The notes below the pieces were generated by a model that was not told the origin of the DNA, did no database searches, and saw nothing but the letters and a program-made list of their open reading frames with translations. A stretch of DNA of 64,000 bases. Origin: Candidatus Methylomirabilota bacterium. Lineage in GTDB: Bacteria; Methylomirabilota; Methylomirabilia; Methylomirabilales; CSP1-5. The DNA lies in assembly GCA_027293415.1 (NCBI GenBank), contig JAPUFX010000066.1, forward strand, positions 9,779 through 73,778, given 5' to 3'. Both the position numbers and the translations under genes were made by a program. Below are positions 51,448-61,745 of the stretch, piece by piece (positions within the stretch are counted from its first letter, which is position 1; each line of letters starts with the position of its first letter).

Positions 51448-52422
51448 ATGGAGATCATTCGCGACATCGCAAACGTGGGGAAGAGATCCTTTCCGCACGT
51501 AGCGGCCGCCATTGGCACCTTTGACGGGGTCCACGCCGGTCACCAGCGGATCATTCGCCGAGTGGTTGAACGATCCCGGGAGGTGGGGGGGACGGGGGTC
51601 GCCTTCACCTTCATCAACCACCCGCTGGAGATCCTTGACCCGGGACGGGCTCCAAAGCTTATTACCCCCTCCCCGATCAAGGAACGCGTCCTCAGGGCCC
51701 TCGGGGTGGACTTGATGGTCGCCATCCCCTTTACGGAAGCCTTGGCAGACATGGAGGCAGAAGCCTTCGTCGTGGACATCCTCCGGAAGAGACTGCAAGT
51801 GGAGTTTCTCTGCATGGGATTTGATTTCGGCTTCGGCAGGAGTCGTCAGGGGACGCCGGAATTTCTCAACACGCTGGCAAAGGACCTCGGGTTTCAGGTC
51901 GAGGTGGTCCCGCCGATTACAGTCGATGGGACGGTCGTGAAATCGGCCGTCATCCGGGATCTGTTGCAGCGAGGGAAGGTGGGTGAGGCAGCCCAGTATC
52001 TCACCCGACCTTACGCCGTATTTGGCGAAATCGTCCCCGGCGTAGGCAGAGGGAAAGACCTGGGATTTCCGACGGCCAATTTGGCCCCATCTCAGCACTT
52101 TCTCATCCCTGATGGGGTCTACGCGGGTCGGGCCTACATCGGAGGACGGGGGTGCGATACGGCAATCAACGTCGGCATGGCCCCCACATTCGGGGACCGA
52201 GAGCGCCGCGTGGAAGCCCATCTCCTGGACATTCAAGAAGATCGGGCGCCCGCGTATGGACAAGCCGTGGTTGTCAGTTTCTGGGAGCGGATCCGAGATG
52301 AGGTCCGATTCGCCTCTCCTGAGGAGTTAAAAGCCCAGGTGGCGCGGGACATTCGGCGGGCCAGAGAGATCCTCAGCCAGCCTGCTATCGAGGATCCGGC
52401 AGATTGGGCTTTACAGGAGTAG
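51448..52422 (+). CDS. ribF: Bifunctional riboflavin kinase / FMN adenylyltransferase
   Basis: 324 aa. IGTFDGVHAGHQ N-terminal motif and a C-terminal riboflavin kinase domain. Confidence 0.94.
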   Translation: MEIIRDIANVGKRSFPHVAAAIGTFDGVHAGHQRIIRRVVERSREVGGTGVAFTFINHPLEILDPGRAPKLITPSPIKERVLRALGVDLMVAIPFTEALADMEAEAFVVDILRKRLQVEFLCMGFDFGFGRSRQGTPEFLNTLAKDLGFQVEVVPPITVDGTVVKSAVIRDLLQRGKVGEAAQYLTRPYAVFGEIVPGVGRGKDLGFPTANLAPSQHFLIPDGVYAGRAYIGGRGCDTAINVGMAPTFGDRERRVEAHLLDIQEDRAPAYGQAVVVSFWERIRDEVRFASPEELKAQVARDIRRAREILSQPAIEDPADWALQE

Positions 52423-52467
52423 GGTCCTATGTTACCATCCGTCTCGGTTGGGAGAGGGGTTAAGGTC

Positions 52468-52737
52468 GTGGCAAAGGATCTGGCCAGAAAACAGGAGGTA
52501 GTGCAAGACTATCACCTTCATGACCGTGATACCGGCTCGCCAGAAGTCCAGGTTGCCCTTCTCACCACGCGGATCGAATATTTAAGCCAGCACCTGACCC
52601 TCCACAAGAAGGACCACCATTCCCGTCGGGGTCTGCTCAGAATGGTGGGCCGTCGACGGAAGCTCCTCGATTATCTGAAAAGTAAGGATGTGGAGCGATA
52701 TCGGAAGCTCATCCAACGACTGGGGATTCGTCGCTAG
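52468..52737 (+). CDS. rpsO: 30S ribosomal protein S15
   Basis: GTG 52468 gives 89 aa. [37 protein letters not shown]. The track start 52429 is an extension. Confidence 0.94.
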   Translation: MAKDLARKQEVVQDYHLHDRDTGSPEVQVALLTTRIEYLSQHLTLHKKDHHSRRGLLRMVGRRRKLLDYLKSKDVERYRKLIQRLGIRR

Positions 52738-52778
52738 CGAACCCGTATTCTCTCGTGGGCGTTTTCCCACGGCGTGGT

Positions 52779-52824
52779 GCCCGCGACAGATGGCAGCGTC
52801 GAGGTCATCTTTCGCGGGCTTTTT
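52779..52824 (+). terminator. Terminator-like hairpin in the rpsO-pnp spacer
   Basis: gcccgcga (52779-52786) pairs with tcgcgggc (52812-52819), followed by TTTTT. It is preceded by a small hairpin, cgtggg cgtttt cccacg (52754-52771). Confidence 0.5.
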
Positions 52825-52855
52825 CACATAAATTCGGAAGGAGATACTCAAAACG

Positions 52856-55042
52856 ATGGTCGAATGCGTACAGATAGAGATCGATGGACGACAGTTCTCT
52901 CTCGAGGCAGGCCGGGTGGCCCGTCAGTCGAACGGGGCGGTCTGGGTTCGCTATGGGGATACGGTGGTCTTGGTCACGGCAGTGGCCGCGAAGCAGCCCC
53001 GGGAGGGGATCGACTTTTTCCCTCTGACTGTGGATTACCAGGAGCGGGCCTACGCTGCCGGGATGATCCCCGGGGGATTTTTCAAGCGGGAAGGTCGACC
53101 CCGGGATCAGGAGACCATCGCCGCTCGACTGATTGATCGGCCCATCCGTCCGCTCTTCCCCAAGGGCTTCCGCCGCGATGTTCAGATCATCGCGACCGTC
53201 CTCTCTGCTGACCAGGAAAACGACCCTGATGTGCTCGCCATGGTGGGGGCCTCGGCGGCCCTGACCATCTCGCCCATTCCCTTCTTGGGTCCGATCGGTG
53301 CCGTTCGGATCGGGCGCGCGCGCGGCCGGCTCATTCCGAATCCTACCTACAAACAGGTGGAGGAGTCGGACTTGGACATGGTGATCGCCGGGACGAAGGA
53401 GACGGTGGTCATGGTCGAGGTCGGGGCCAAGGAGGTACCGGAGAGCGTCGTCCTCGAAGCGATTGCCTTTGGCCAAGAGGCGATTGTCGAGATCGTCCGG
53501 ATGCAAGAAGCCTTGGCCGCAGTGGTGGGGCAGCCCAAAATCCCTTTCACTCCACCCACGGTCGATCCCGCCTTACTGGAGCGGGTGTCGGGGCTTTTTC
53601 GGGAACACATTCGGGGGCTGGCGATCCTCCATGATAAGGAGGCCCAGCAGGCCCGGCGGGAGCAGATCGCTGAGGAAACTCTGCAGGCTTTCTCCGGTGA
53701 ACCACCGGAGGTCCAGCTTCAGGTAAAGCAGATCTTGGAGAAAATCGAGCGGGAGGAGATGCGGCGGCTGATCCTAGAAGAGGGACGCCGGGCCGACGGT
53801 CGGCGCTCCGAGGAGGTCCGGCCGATCACCTGTGAGGTCGGGCTCCTGCCCCGGGCGCACGGCTCCGCCCTCTTTACCCGGGGTCAGACCCAAGCGCTGG
53901 TCACCACGACGTTAGGGACATCCGAGGACGTCCAACGTCTGGACAGCATCGAAGGGGAGGGATTCAAACGTTTCATGCTCCACTACAACTTCCCCCCGTT
54001 TAGCGTCGGGGAGGTCCGGTTTCTCCGGGGCCCCGGCCGTCGGGAGATCGGTCACGGGGCCCTGGCCGAAAGCGCCCTGCTTGCCGTCCTCCCCAGTCCT
54101 GAAGAGTTCCCGTACACCATCCGGATCGTCTCTGACATCCTGGAGAGTAATGGCTCCTCCTCCATGGCCTCGGTGTGTGGAGCGACGTTAGCGCTTATGG
54201 ACGCCGGGGTTCCCATTAAGTCGGCCATGGGGGGGGTGGCCATGGGATTGGTGATGGAAGGGGGAAAATCTGCGATCCTCACCGACATCCTGGGGCAGGA
54301 AGACCATCTCGGGGATATGGACTTCAAGGTGGCCGGAACACGGAAAGGGGTGACGGCACTGCAGATGGATATGAAAGTCCAGGGAGTCACGGCGGCCTTG
54401 ATGGGTGAGGCCTTAGAACGCGCCCGAGAGGCGCGGATGCAGGTCCTGGATGAGATGGAGAAAACGTTGGCCCAACCCCGCCCCAGCCTCTCCATCTATG
54501 CTCCGCGCTTGATCACCGTGAAGATCCCGGTGGACAAAATCCGCGAGGTGATAGGCCCCGGGGGCAAGGTCATCCGGGGCATCATCGAGGAGACCGGGTG
54601 CAAGATCAACGTCTCGGACGATGGCACGGTGGAAATCGCGTCCACGGACGAAGCGGCAGCGGAGAAGGCCCTGGCCATTGTGAACCGGATTGTCGAGGTG
54701 CCGGAGGTTGGAAAGATTTACACGGGGAAGGTGAAGCGGATCATGGACTTTGGCGCCTTCGTGGAGATCCTTCCAGGGACCGATGGCCTCCTCCACATCT
54801 CCCAGATCGCTGAGCATCGGATCAAGCAGGTTCAGGATGTCCTCTCCGAGGGAGATGAGTTGAGCGTCAAGGTAATCGAGATCGACCCATCCGGGAAGAT
54901 CCGTCTCAGTCGGAAGGAGGTCCTGCAGGCGCAGGGGGAACCGTCGGCGGTGGATCAGAAAGAGGAAAGGCCGCCTCCGCGCATGGAATGGGGGTCCAGC
55001 GGCCAGCGAGAAATGCCGCCCGGGAGCGAGGGGAGACGGTAG
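52856..55042 (+). CDS. pnp: Polyribonucleotide nucleotidyltransferase (PNPase)
   Basis: 728 aa. Two RNase PH domains, KH and S1 domains, and a C-terminal extension. Confidence 0.97.
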   Translation: MVECVQIEIDGRQFSLEAGRVARQSNGAVWVRYGDTVVLVTAVAAKQPREGIDFFPLTVDYQERAYAAGMIPGGFFKREGRPRDQETIAARLIDRPIRPLFPKGFRRDVQIIATVLSADQENDPDVLAMVGASAALTISPIPFLGPIGAVRIGRARGRLIPNPTYKQVEESDLDMVIAGTKETVVMVEVGAKEVPESVVLEAIAFGQEAIVEIVRMQEALAAVVGQPKIPFTPPTVDPALLERVSGLFREHIRGLAILHDKEAQQARREQIAEETLQAFSGEPPEVQLQVKQILEKIEREEMRRLILEEGRRADGRRSEEVRPITCEVGLLPRAHGSALFTRGQTQALVTTTLGTSEDVQRLDSIEGEGFKRFMLHYNFPPFSVGEVRFLRGPGRREIGHGALAESALLAVLPSPEEFPYTIRIVSDILESNGSSSMASVCGATLALMDAGVPIKSAMGGVAMGLVMEGGKSAILTDILGQEDHLGDMDFKVAGTRKGVTALQMDMKVQGVTAALMGEALERAREARMQVLDEMEKTLAQPRPSLSIYAPRLITVKIPVDKIREVIGPGGKVIRGIIEETGCKINVSDDGTVEIASTDEAAAEKALAIVNRIVEVPEVGKIYTGKVKRIMDFGAFVEILPGTDGLLHISQIAEHRIKQVQDVLSEGDELSVKVIEIDPSGKIRLSRKEVLQAQGEPSAVDQKEERPPPRMEWGSSGQREMPPGSEGRR

Positions 55043-55044
55043 CC

Positions 55045-56301
55045 ATGACTCCCCGTGGCGTCTATCGGAAGGAGGTCCTCGATAACGGCCTCGTCATCCT
55101 GACCGAAAGGATGCCGGAGGTGCAGTCCATCTCCATCGGGGTCTGGATCCCGGTGGGCTCTCGGAAGGAGGAGGAGAGGCAGGCGGGGATCTCCCATTTT
55201 ATCGAGCACATGCTCTTCAAGGGAACAGAGAGGCGGAGCGCCGAAGAGATTGCGGCCGCTATTGATTCTGTCGGGGGGATCCTGGACGCCTTCACTAGCC
55301 GGGAGTACACCTGCTACTATGCCAAGGTTCTAGGTGAGCACCTCCCCCTGGCCGTGGACATCCTCGCAGATCTCGTCCTCCACTCCCGCTTCGACCCAGC
55401 AGACGTTGAGAAGGAGCGGGCGGTGATCCTCCAAGAAATCAAGATGGTGGAGGACGATCCCGACGATCAGATCCACGATCTCTTCATGCAGACCATTTGG
55501 GCGGACCATCCGTTGGGTCGCCCCATCCTTGGCCGACATGAGACTCTCAGCCAGATCGGGCGGGACGAGATGGCAAAGTTTATGGACGACTCCTACCGAC
55601 CCGACCAGGCAATCATCTCTGCGGCCGGTGGTTTGGACCATCAGAGCTTGGTGGATCTCGTAGTGGCCGCCTTTGGGGACTGGGAAGGCCGCTCGCATCC
55701 GGGTCCCAGTTCACCCCCCATCTCGCGTGTGACCACGGTCAATGAGGATCGGGATCTTAGCCAGGTCCACCTCTGCCTGGGCGTGAAAGGACTCGCCTAT
55801 GTGCATCGGGACCGGTATACCTTCTCGATCCTTAATACGATACTGGGGGGTGGAATGAGCTCCCGTCTTTTCCAGGAGATCCGGGAGAAACGAGGACTCG
55901 TGTATTCCATCTACTCCTATACCGCCTCGTATCGTGATGGAGGCCTGCTGGTGGTCTATGCGGGAACCAGCAACGACCACTATCAGGAGGTGGTTGACCT
56001 CATCCAAGATAAGTTCCGGCAGATCCGGGATGAGCCGGTGGATCCCAAGGAGTTCAGGCGCGCCAAGGAACAGCTCAAGGGCAATCTCCTGCTCGGCCTC
56101 GAGAGCACGAGTAGCCGGATGACCAGGCTCGGAAAGATGTACATGTATCACAACCGCTGCTTCGGGTTGGAGGAGATCATCCAGGGGATCGAGGAAGTGA
56201 CCCCGGAGCGGCTGCAGCAGCTTACCCACTCCCTCCTTGATGGGGGGGCGTGCACGTTGGCGTCCATCGGCCGCATTCTTCAGCCCTCTCATCTATCCTG
56301 A
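55045..56301 (+). CDS. M16-family zinc peptidase (pitrilysin-like)
   Basis: ATG 55045 comes 2 nt after the pnp stop. HFIEHMLFKG is the inverted HxxEH zinc motif. Confidence 0.88.
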   Translation: MTPRGVYRKEVLDNGLVILTERMPEVQSISIGVWIPVGSRKEEERQAGISHFIEHMLFKGTERRSAEEIAAAIDSVGGILDAFTSREYTCYYAKVLGEHLPLAVDILADLVLHSRFDPADVEKERAVILQEIKMVEDDPDDQIHDLFMQTIWADHPLGRPILGRHETLSQIGRDEMAKFMDDSYRPDQAIISAAGGLDHQSLVDLVVAAFGDWEGRSHPGPSSPPISRVTTVNEDRDLSQVHLCLGVKGLAYVHRDRYTFSILNTILGGGMSSRLFQEIREKRGLVYSIYSYTASYRDGGLLVVYAGTSNDHYQEVVDLIQDKFRQIRDEPVDPKEFRRAKEQLKGNLLLGLESTSSRMTRLGKMYMYHNRCFGLEEIIQGIEEVTPERLQQLTHSLLDGGACTLASIGRILQPSHLS

Positions 56302-56373
56302 CGCCCTGAGGGGTCCTCGTTCCTGCGGGTGGCCCCCACATTCCGTTCTGCCACGGATGGAAAGTACTCAGCG

Positions 56374-57666
56374 ATGATTCGCCGCTACAGCCTTCCCCGA
56401 ATGGCCGCGATCTGGGAGCCCGAGCACCAGTTTCAGGTATGGCTACGGATCGAGGTCCTTGCCTGTGAGGCGTGGGCGCAACTCGGAAAGATCCCTAGCC
56501 AGGCTCTTGAGGAGATCAAGGCCCGGGCTGCCTTTGATATCAGGCGGATCGAGGAAGTAGAGCAGACCGTTCGTCATGAGGTCGTGGCGTTTCTTACTGC
56601 CGTGGGCGAGCGGGTCGGTCAGCCGAGCTGCTACATCCATTTTGGCCTGACCTCTTCCGACATCATGGATACTGCCTTGGCCTTCCAGCTCCAAGAGGCA
56701 GCGGAGATCATTTTGGAGGACCTGGACGCCCTGCTTGGGACCCTCAAGAGCGTGGCCAGGACCCACAAGCAGACGGTCATGGTCGGCCGGACCCATGGGG
56801 TGCATGCCGAGCCGATCACCTTCGGTCTCAAGGTGGCTCGCTGGTACAGCGAGATGCTCCGAAACCGGGAGCGGCTTGAGCAAGCCAAGGAAGCCGTTGG
56901 CTACGGCAAAGTCTCGGGGGCGGTAGGGACCTACGCCCATCTCCCCCCCTCCATCGAGGCATACGTCTGTGAGAAGTTGGGGCTGAAACCGGAGCCGATT
57001 TCGAGCCAGATCGTCCCCCGGGACCGGCATGCCCAGTTCCTTGGAACGCTGGCGATCGTCGGAGCTACGTTGGATAACATCGCCACCGAGATCCGCCACT
57101 TGCAGCGAACGGAGGTGTCAGAGGCCGCAGAGCCCTTCACGGAAGGCCAGAAGGGATCCTCGGCCATGCCGCACAAGAAGAACCCCGTGACCTGTGAGCA
57201 GATCTCGGGGTTGAACCGGGTCCTTCGGGCGAATGCCATCGCAGCCCTGGAGAATATCCCTCTGTGGCACGAACGGGACATCAGCCATTCCTCGGTGGAG
57301 CGGGTCATCCTGCCCGACTCCACCATCCTGCTCGATTACCTGCTCACGAAGATGCGGGAGGTGTTGGAAGGGCTGCAGGTGTATCCTCAACAGATGGAAC
57401 GGAACCTCCAGAGAACACATGGACTCCTCTTCTCCCAGCGAGTCCTCTTGGCGCTGACCGAGAAAAGGGTCTCTCGAGAGGTTGCCCACCACCTCGTGCA
57501 GCGGAATGCCATGAAGGCCTGGGAGGGGGAAGTGGATTTTCAGGCCCTCTTGTCGAAGGATGCAGAGGTCACCCAGTACCTTTCGGCAGACGAGATCGCG
57601 AGCTGTTTCGATCTCAAACCGTACCTGGAGCATGTGGACACCATCTTTTCCCGATTGGCCCTGTAA
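56374..57666 (+). CDS. purB: Adenylosuccinate lyase
   Basis: ATG 56374. MIRRYSLPRMAAIWEPE. The SSAMPHKKNP signature is present. Confidence 0.95.
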   Translation: MIRRYSLPRMAAIWEPEHQFQVWLRIEVLACEAWAQLGKIPSQALEEIKARAAFDIRRIEEVEQTVRHEVVAFLTAVGERVGQPSCYIHFGLTSSDIMDTALAFQLQEAAEIILEDLDALLGTLKSVARTHKQTVMVGRTHGVHAEPITFGLKVARWYSEMLRNRERLEQAKEAVGYGKVSGAVGTYAHLPPSIEAYVCEKLGLKPEPISSQIVPRDRHAQFLGTLAIVGATLDNIATEIRHLQRTEVSEAAEPFTEGQKGSSAMPHKKNPVTCEQISGLNRVLRANAIAALENIPLWHERDISHSSVERVILPDSTILLDYLLTKMREVLEGLQVYPQQMERNLQRTHGLLFSQRVLLALTEKRVSREVAHHLVQRNAMKAWEGEVDFQALLSKDAEVTQYLSADEIASCFDLKPYLEHVDTIFSRLAL

Positions 57667-57676
57667 GGGGGGGATC

Positions 57677-58390
57677 ATGGAGCGGCGCGGGAAGATCTAT
57701 GAGGGTAAAGCCAAGATCCTCTACGAGACCGACAACCCGGATTTGGTGATCCAGTACTTCAAGGATGAGGCGACGGCATTTAACGCCCAGAAGCGGGGGA
57801 TCATTGAACGGAAGGGGATCTACAACAACCGGATCTCGTCGGTCCTCTTCGAGTATTTAGGGAAACAGCGGGTCCGGACCCACTTCGTGCAGCAGCTATC
57901 CGACCGGGAGATGTTGGTCAAGCGACTCGAGATCATCAAGATCGAAGTTGTGATAAGGAATATGAGTGCCGGGAGTCTGTCCAAGCGCCTGGGCCTCGAG
58001 GAGGGTATGCCTCTCGCGGAGCCGGTCCTTGAGTTCTTTTACAAGAATGACGTCCTCAACGACCCCCTGATCAACGACGATCACGTTCGGCTTCTGAACC
58101 TTGCTACCCCGCAAGAGGTAACAGCCCTCCGAAAACGGGCCCTCCTGGTCAACCACCACCTCCGGGAGTTCCTTGATAAGTGTGATTTGATCCTGGTGGA
58201 CTTCAAGCTCGAGTTTGGGCGCCATCACGGGCAGATCTTGCTCGGCGATGAGATTACACCTGATGGGTGCCGCCTCTGGGATAAGCAGACCCTCGAGAAG
58301 ATGGACAAGGATCGATTCCGCAGAGATCTCGGCAAGGTGGAAGAGGCGTACCAGGAGGTGTACCGTCGTATCTGCGGCGACGGGGCGTAG
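57677..58390 (+). CDS. purC: Phosphoribosylaminoimidazole-succinocarboxamide synthase
   Basis: ATG 57677. IYEGKAKILYETDNPDLVIQYFKDEATAFN. Confidence 0.95.
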   Translation: MERRGKIYEGKAKILYETDNPDLVIQYFKDEATAFNAQKRGIIERKGIYNNRISSVLFEYLGKQRVRTHFVQQLSDREMLVKRLEIIKIEVVIRNMSAGSLSKRLGLEEGMPLAEPVLEFFYKNDVLNDPLINDDHVRLLNLATPQEVTALRKRALLVNHHLREFLDKCDLILVDFKLEFGRHHGQILLGDEITPDGCRLWDKQTLEKMDKDRFRRDLGKVEEAYQEVYRRICGDGA

Positions 58391-58513
58391 GGGGCGGTTC
58401 GGGAAAGGCCTCCTCATCGTCCTCTCCTCCCTCCGAGGTCGGCCTTCCCCTCACCGCTGACGCGGTACTAGCAGCGGTCCACTTGAGGCATTGGAGTAAT
58501 TGGAGTAATTTGG

Positions 58514-58536
58514 TGACAGCTGATCGCTGACAGCTC
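58514..58536. repeat. Class B word run (single arm) before purS
   Basis: tgacagc tgatcgc tgacagc tc, immediately upstream of the purS SD GGGAG. The 9-nt tandem ttggagtaa x2 at 58491-58508 lies next to it. Confidence 0.5.
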
Positions 58537-58546
58537 GGGAGACTGA

Positions 58547-58795
58547 ATGATTCGGGCAAAGGTATACGTGACACTCAAGAGGGGCGTGCTTGATCCACAG
58601 GGCGAGACGGTCAGGGGGGCGCTCGAGACGCTGGGGTTTGCGGAGGTGCAGGATGTTCGGATTGGCAAGTTTATGGTGATCACCCTCAATGCGGTGAATC
58701 GGGAAGACGCCACGAAAAGTGTAGAAGAAATGTGCAAGAAGCTCCTGGCCAACCCGGTCATCGAAGACTACCGCTTCGAGTTGGAGGAAGGGTAG
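58547..58795 (+). CDS. purS: Phosphoribosylformylglycinamidine synthase subunit PurS
   Basis: 82 aa. VYVTLKRGVLDPQGETV. Confidence 0.93.
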   Translation: MIRAKVYVTLKRGVLDPQGETVRGALETLGFAEVQDVRIGKFMVITLNAVNREDATKSVEEMCKKLLANPVIEDYRFELEEG

Positions 58796-59506
58796 GTGCG
58801 ATTCGCGATTATCGTCTTTCCCGGATCCAACTGCGAGCTGGATTGCCAGTGGGTGCTCCACAAGGTCCTGGGGCAAGAGGCAGAGCTCGTCTGGCATAAG
58901 GAAAAGGACCTGAAGGGTTACGATTGCCTGGTCTTGCCGGGGGGGTTTGCCCATGGGGATTATCTCAGAACGGGGGCCGTCGCGCGTTTCTCCCCGATCA
59001 TGAAAGCGGTAGAGCAGCACGCTCGGGGGGGCGGATTGGTGCTCGGGATCTGCAACGGATTTCAAGTTCTCTGCGAGGCCGGACTCCTCCCCGGCGTCCT
59101 GCTCAGAAACACCAGCCTGAACTTTATCTGTCGGGATGTGTACATGCGCGTGGAGACCCCGGAGACACCCTTCACGGCCACCTGCACCGCACGGCAGGTC
59201 CTGCGCGTCCCCATCAACCACAATGAGGGACGGTATTATGCGGATGCCGAGACCCTGGCACGCCTGAAAGACAACGGCCAGGTGGTGTTCCGGTATGTGA
59301 ATTCGGCAGGCGAAATTTCGGATGAGGCGAACCCGAATGGGTCGTTGGACCATATCGCCGGTGTCTGTAACGGACAGAGAAACGTCCTTGGGCTGATGCC
59401 GCACCCTGAGCGGGCGGCGGAAACAGTGCTTGGATCCGCGAGCGGCCGGATCCTTTTTGAGTCGATCATCAGCTCCGGTCAAGCCCTCTCTTCCACCAGT
59501 CGGTGA
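58796..59506 (+). CDS. purQ: Phosphoribosylformylglycinamidine synthase subunit PurQ (glutaminase)
   Basis: 236 aa. FPGSNCE...GICNGFQ catalytic Cys, and HPE at the C-terminus. Confidence 0.95.
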   Translation: MRFAIIVFPGSNCELDCQWVLHKVLGQEAELVWHKEKDLKGYDCLVLPGGFAHGDYLRTGAVARFSPIMKAVEQHARGGGLVLGICNGFQVLCEAGLLPGVLLRNTSLNFICRDVYMRVETPETPFTATCTARQVLRVPINHNEGRYYADAETLARLKDNGQVVFRYVNSAGEISDEANPNGSLDHIAGVCNGQRNVLGLMPHPERAAETVLGSASGRILFESIISSGQALSSTSR

Positions 59507-59509
59507 CGC

Positions 59510-61735
59510 ATGAAAGAACCCGCGATTACCCAAGAAACCATCGCCGCGCACAGTTTGACGCACGAGGAGTACCAGCGTATCCTCGAAATTCTGGGGCGCG
59601 AACCCACCTTTACGGAGTTAGGGATCTTCTCGGTCATGTGGTCCGAGCACTGTAGCTACAAGAGCTCCAAGGTCCATCTTCAGCACTTTCCCACCTCCGG
59701 GCCCAGGATCTTGCAAGGGCCGGGGGAAAATGCCGGGGTGGTCGACCTGGGGGAGGGGCTCACAGCCGTCTTTAAGATGGAAAGCCATAATCATCCTTCG
59801 TACATCGAGCCCTACCAAGGAGCGGCGACAGGGGTGGGTGGAATCATCCGGGACATCTTCACCATGGGGGCGCGTCCGATCATGCTCTTAGACTCCCTTC
59901 GTTTCGGCCCCCTGACCGAGGCCAAGAACCGGTATCTCATGGGTGGGGTGGTGGCAGGGATCTCCGGATACGGGAATGCGGTGGGAGTTCCCACCGTGGG
60001 AGGTGAAGTGGTCTTTGCCGACTGCTACAGCCATAACCCGCTCGTGAACGTGCTCTGTTTAGGGATCGCTCCCATCGATAAGCTCTTCTTTGCGCACGCC
60101 GGGGGGATCGGGAATCCAGTGATCTATGTAGGGGCAAAGACGGGTCGGGACGGGATCCACGGCGCGACGATGGCCTCGGAGACCTTTGACGAGAAGAGTG
60201 AGGAGCGCCGCCCCACCGTGCAGGTTGGCGATCCGTTCCGCGAGAAACTCTTGATCGAGGCCTGCCTGGAACTCATGCAGACTGATACGCTGGTTGGTGT
60301 GCAGGACATGGGAGCGGCCGGCCTCACCTGCTCGAGTTGCGAAATGGCCAGCCGGGGTGGGACCGGCGTCGAAATCGATATCCAGCTCGTTCCGCGCCGG
60401 GAAGAGGGGATGAGCCCGTACGAGGTAATGCTCTCTGAATCGCAGGAACGGATGCTGCTGGTGGTCCGCCAGGGGGCCGAGGCGACCGTTCGCGAGATCT
60501 TTGCCAAGTATGATCTCGACGCAGTGGTCGTGGGCCGGGTGACGGGCGATGGAGTAATGCGGGTGCGGGAGGGAAAACGCACCGTGGCCTCGATCCCGGT
60601 GAAGGCACTCGTGGACGATGCCCCTGTGTACCACCGACCACTGACCCGGCCCGCCTGGCAGGATGACATTCAGCGCCTGAACGTCGACGATATCCCCCTG
60701 CCTCGCGACTATGGAGACGTGCTCTTGCAACTGTTGGCCTCCCCGACCATCGCGTCGAAGGCCATGGTGTGGGAGCAGTATGATCACATGCTCTTTTTGA
60801 ACACGGTGGTTGGACCAGGCTCTGATGCGGTCGTGCTCCGACTCAAAGGGACAGAGAAAGGCATCGCGGTATCCACTGATGGGAACGGGCGATACACCTT
60901 CTTGGATCCCTTCACGGGGGGGATGATTGCTGTGGCCGAAGCGGCCCGGAACGTGGTGGCAAGCGGCGGCGAGCCCGTCGCCATCACTAACTGTCTCAAC
61001 TTCGGTGACCCGACGCGTCCCGAGATCTCCTGGCAGTTCGCCGAGGCGGTTCGCGGGATGGCGGCTGCCTGCCGCATCTTGCAGACACCGGTCACCGGAG
61101 GGAATGTGAGCTTTTACAATGAGACCATGGGAAAGGCCGTCTTCCCTACACCGATCGTGGGGATGCTGGGCATCTTGGCCCACATCTCGCACGCCACTAC
61201 CCAGACCTGGAAGGAGACCGGGGACGTAGTGGTCCTCTTGGGCGAGACACGCGAGGAGTTGGGGGGGAGTGAATATCTGAAGGTCTGCCATGGGATGGTG
61301 CAGGGCCGACCACCGACCGTGGACCTGGAGTTAGAGCGCCGGGTCCAGGGATGCTGTTTGGAAGCGATCCGGGCCGGACTGGTTCGCTCTGCCCATGACT
61401 GCTCAGACGGGGGGCTCGCGGTGACTTTAGCCGAAGGGTGCGTCAGCAATCCCGATAAGCCGATCGGCGTCGACGTAAACCTGGCGGATTCCCTCCGTCC
61501 GGATGCGCTCCTTTTTGGCGAGAGCCAGTCCCGGATACTTCTCTCCCTCCGGGAGGCGGACTTGAATAGGGTCCAGGCGATCGCCGACCACTATGGGGTG
61601 GCGGTCACTCTGATAGGGCGGACGGGCGGCTCCCGATTCATCTGCAAGGGGCAAACGTTTCATCTGGACCTGCCGCTCTCCCTTCTCGATCAGGCTTGGC
61701 GCGGAGCCGTTCCCACCTACTTCGGACAGCGTTGA
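59510..61735 (+). CDS. purL: Phosphoribosylformylglycinamidine synthase subunit PurL
   Basis: 741 aa. ESHNHPS motif. Confidence 0.96.
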   Translation: MKEPAITQETIAAHSLTHEEYQRILEILGREPTFTELGIFSVMWSEHCSYKSSKVHLQHFPTSGPRILQGPGENAGVVDLGEGLTAVFKMESHNHPSYIEPYQGAATGVGGIIRDIFTMGARPIMLLDSLRFGPLTEAKNRYLMGGVVAGISGYGNAVGVPTVGGEVVFADCYSHNPLVNVLCLGIAPIDKLFFAHAGGIGNPVIYVGAKTGRDGIHGATMASETFDEKSEERRPTVQVGDPFREKLLIEACLELMQTDTLVGVQDMGAAGLTCSSCEMASRGGTGVEIDIQLVPRREEGMSPYEVMLSESQERMLLVVRQGAEATVREIFAKYDLDAVVVGRVTGDGVMRVREGKRTVASIPVKALVDDAPVYHRPLTRPAWQDDIQRLNVDDIPLPRDYGDVLLQLLASPTIASKAMVWEQYDHMLFLNTVVGPGSDAVVLRLKGTEKGIAVSTDGNGRYTFLDPFTGGMIAVAEAARNVVASGGEPVAITNCLNFGDPTRPEISWQFAEAVRGMAAACRILQTPVTGGNVSFYNETMGKAVFPTPIVGMLGILAHISHATTQTWKETGDVVVLLGETREELGGSEYLKVCHGMVQGRPPTVDLELERRVQGCCLEAIRAGLVRSAHDCSDGGLAVTLAEGCVSNPDKPIGVDVNLADSLRPDALLFGESQSRILLSLREADLNRVQAIADHYGVAVTLIGRTGGSRFICKGQTFHLDLPLSLLDQAWRGAVPTYFGQR

Positions 61736-61745
61736 CGGAGGAGGC

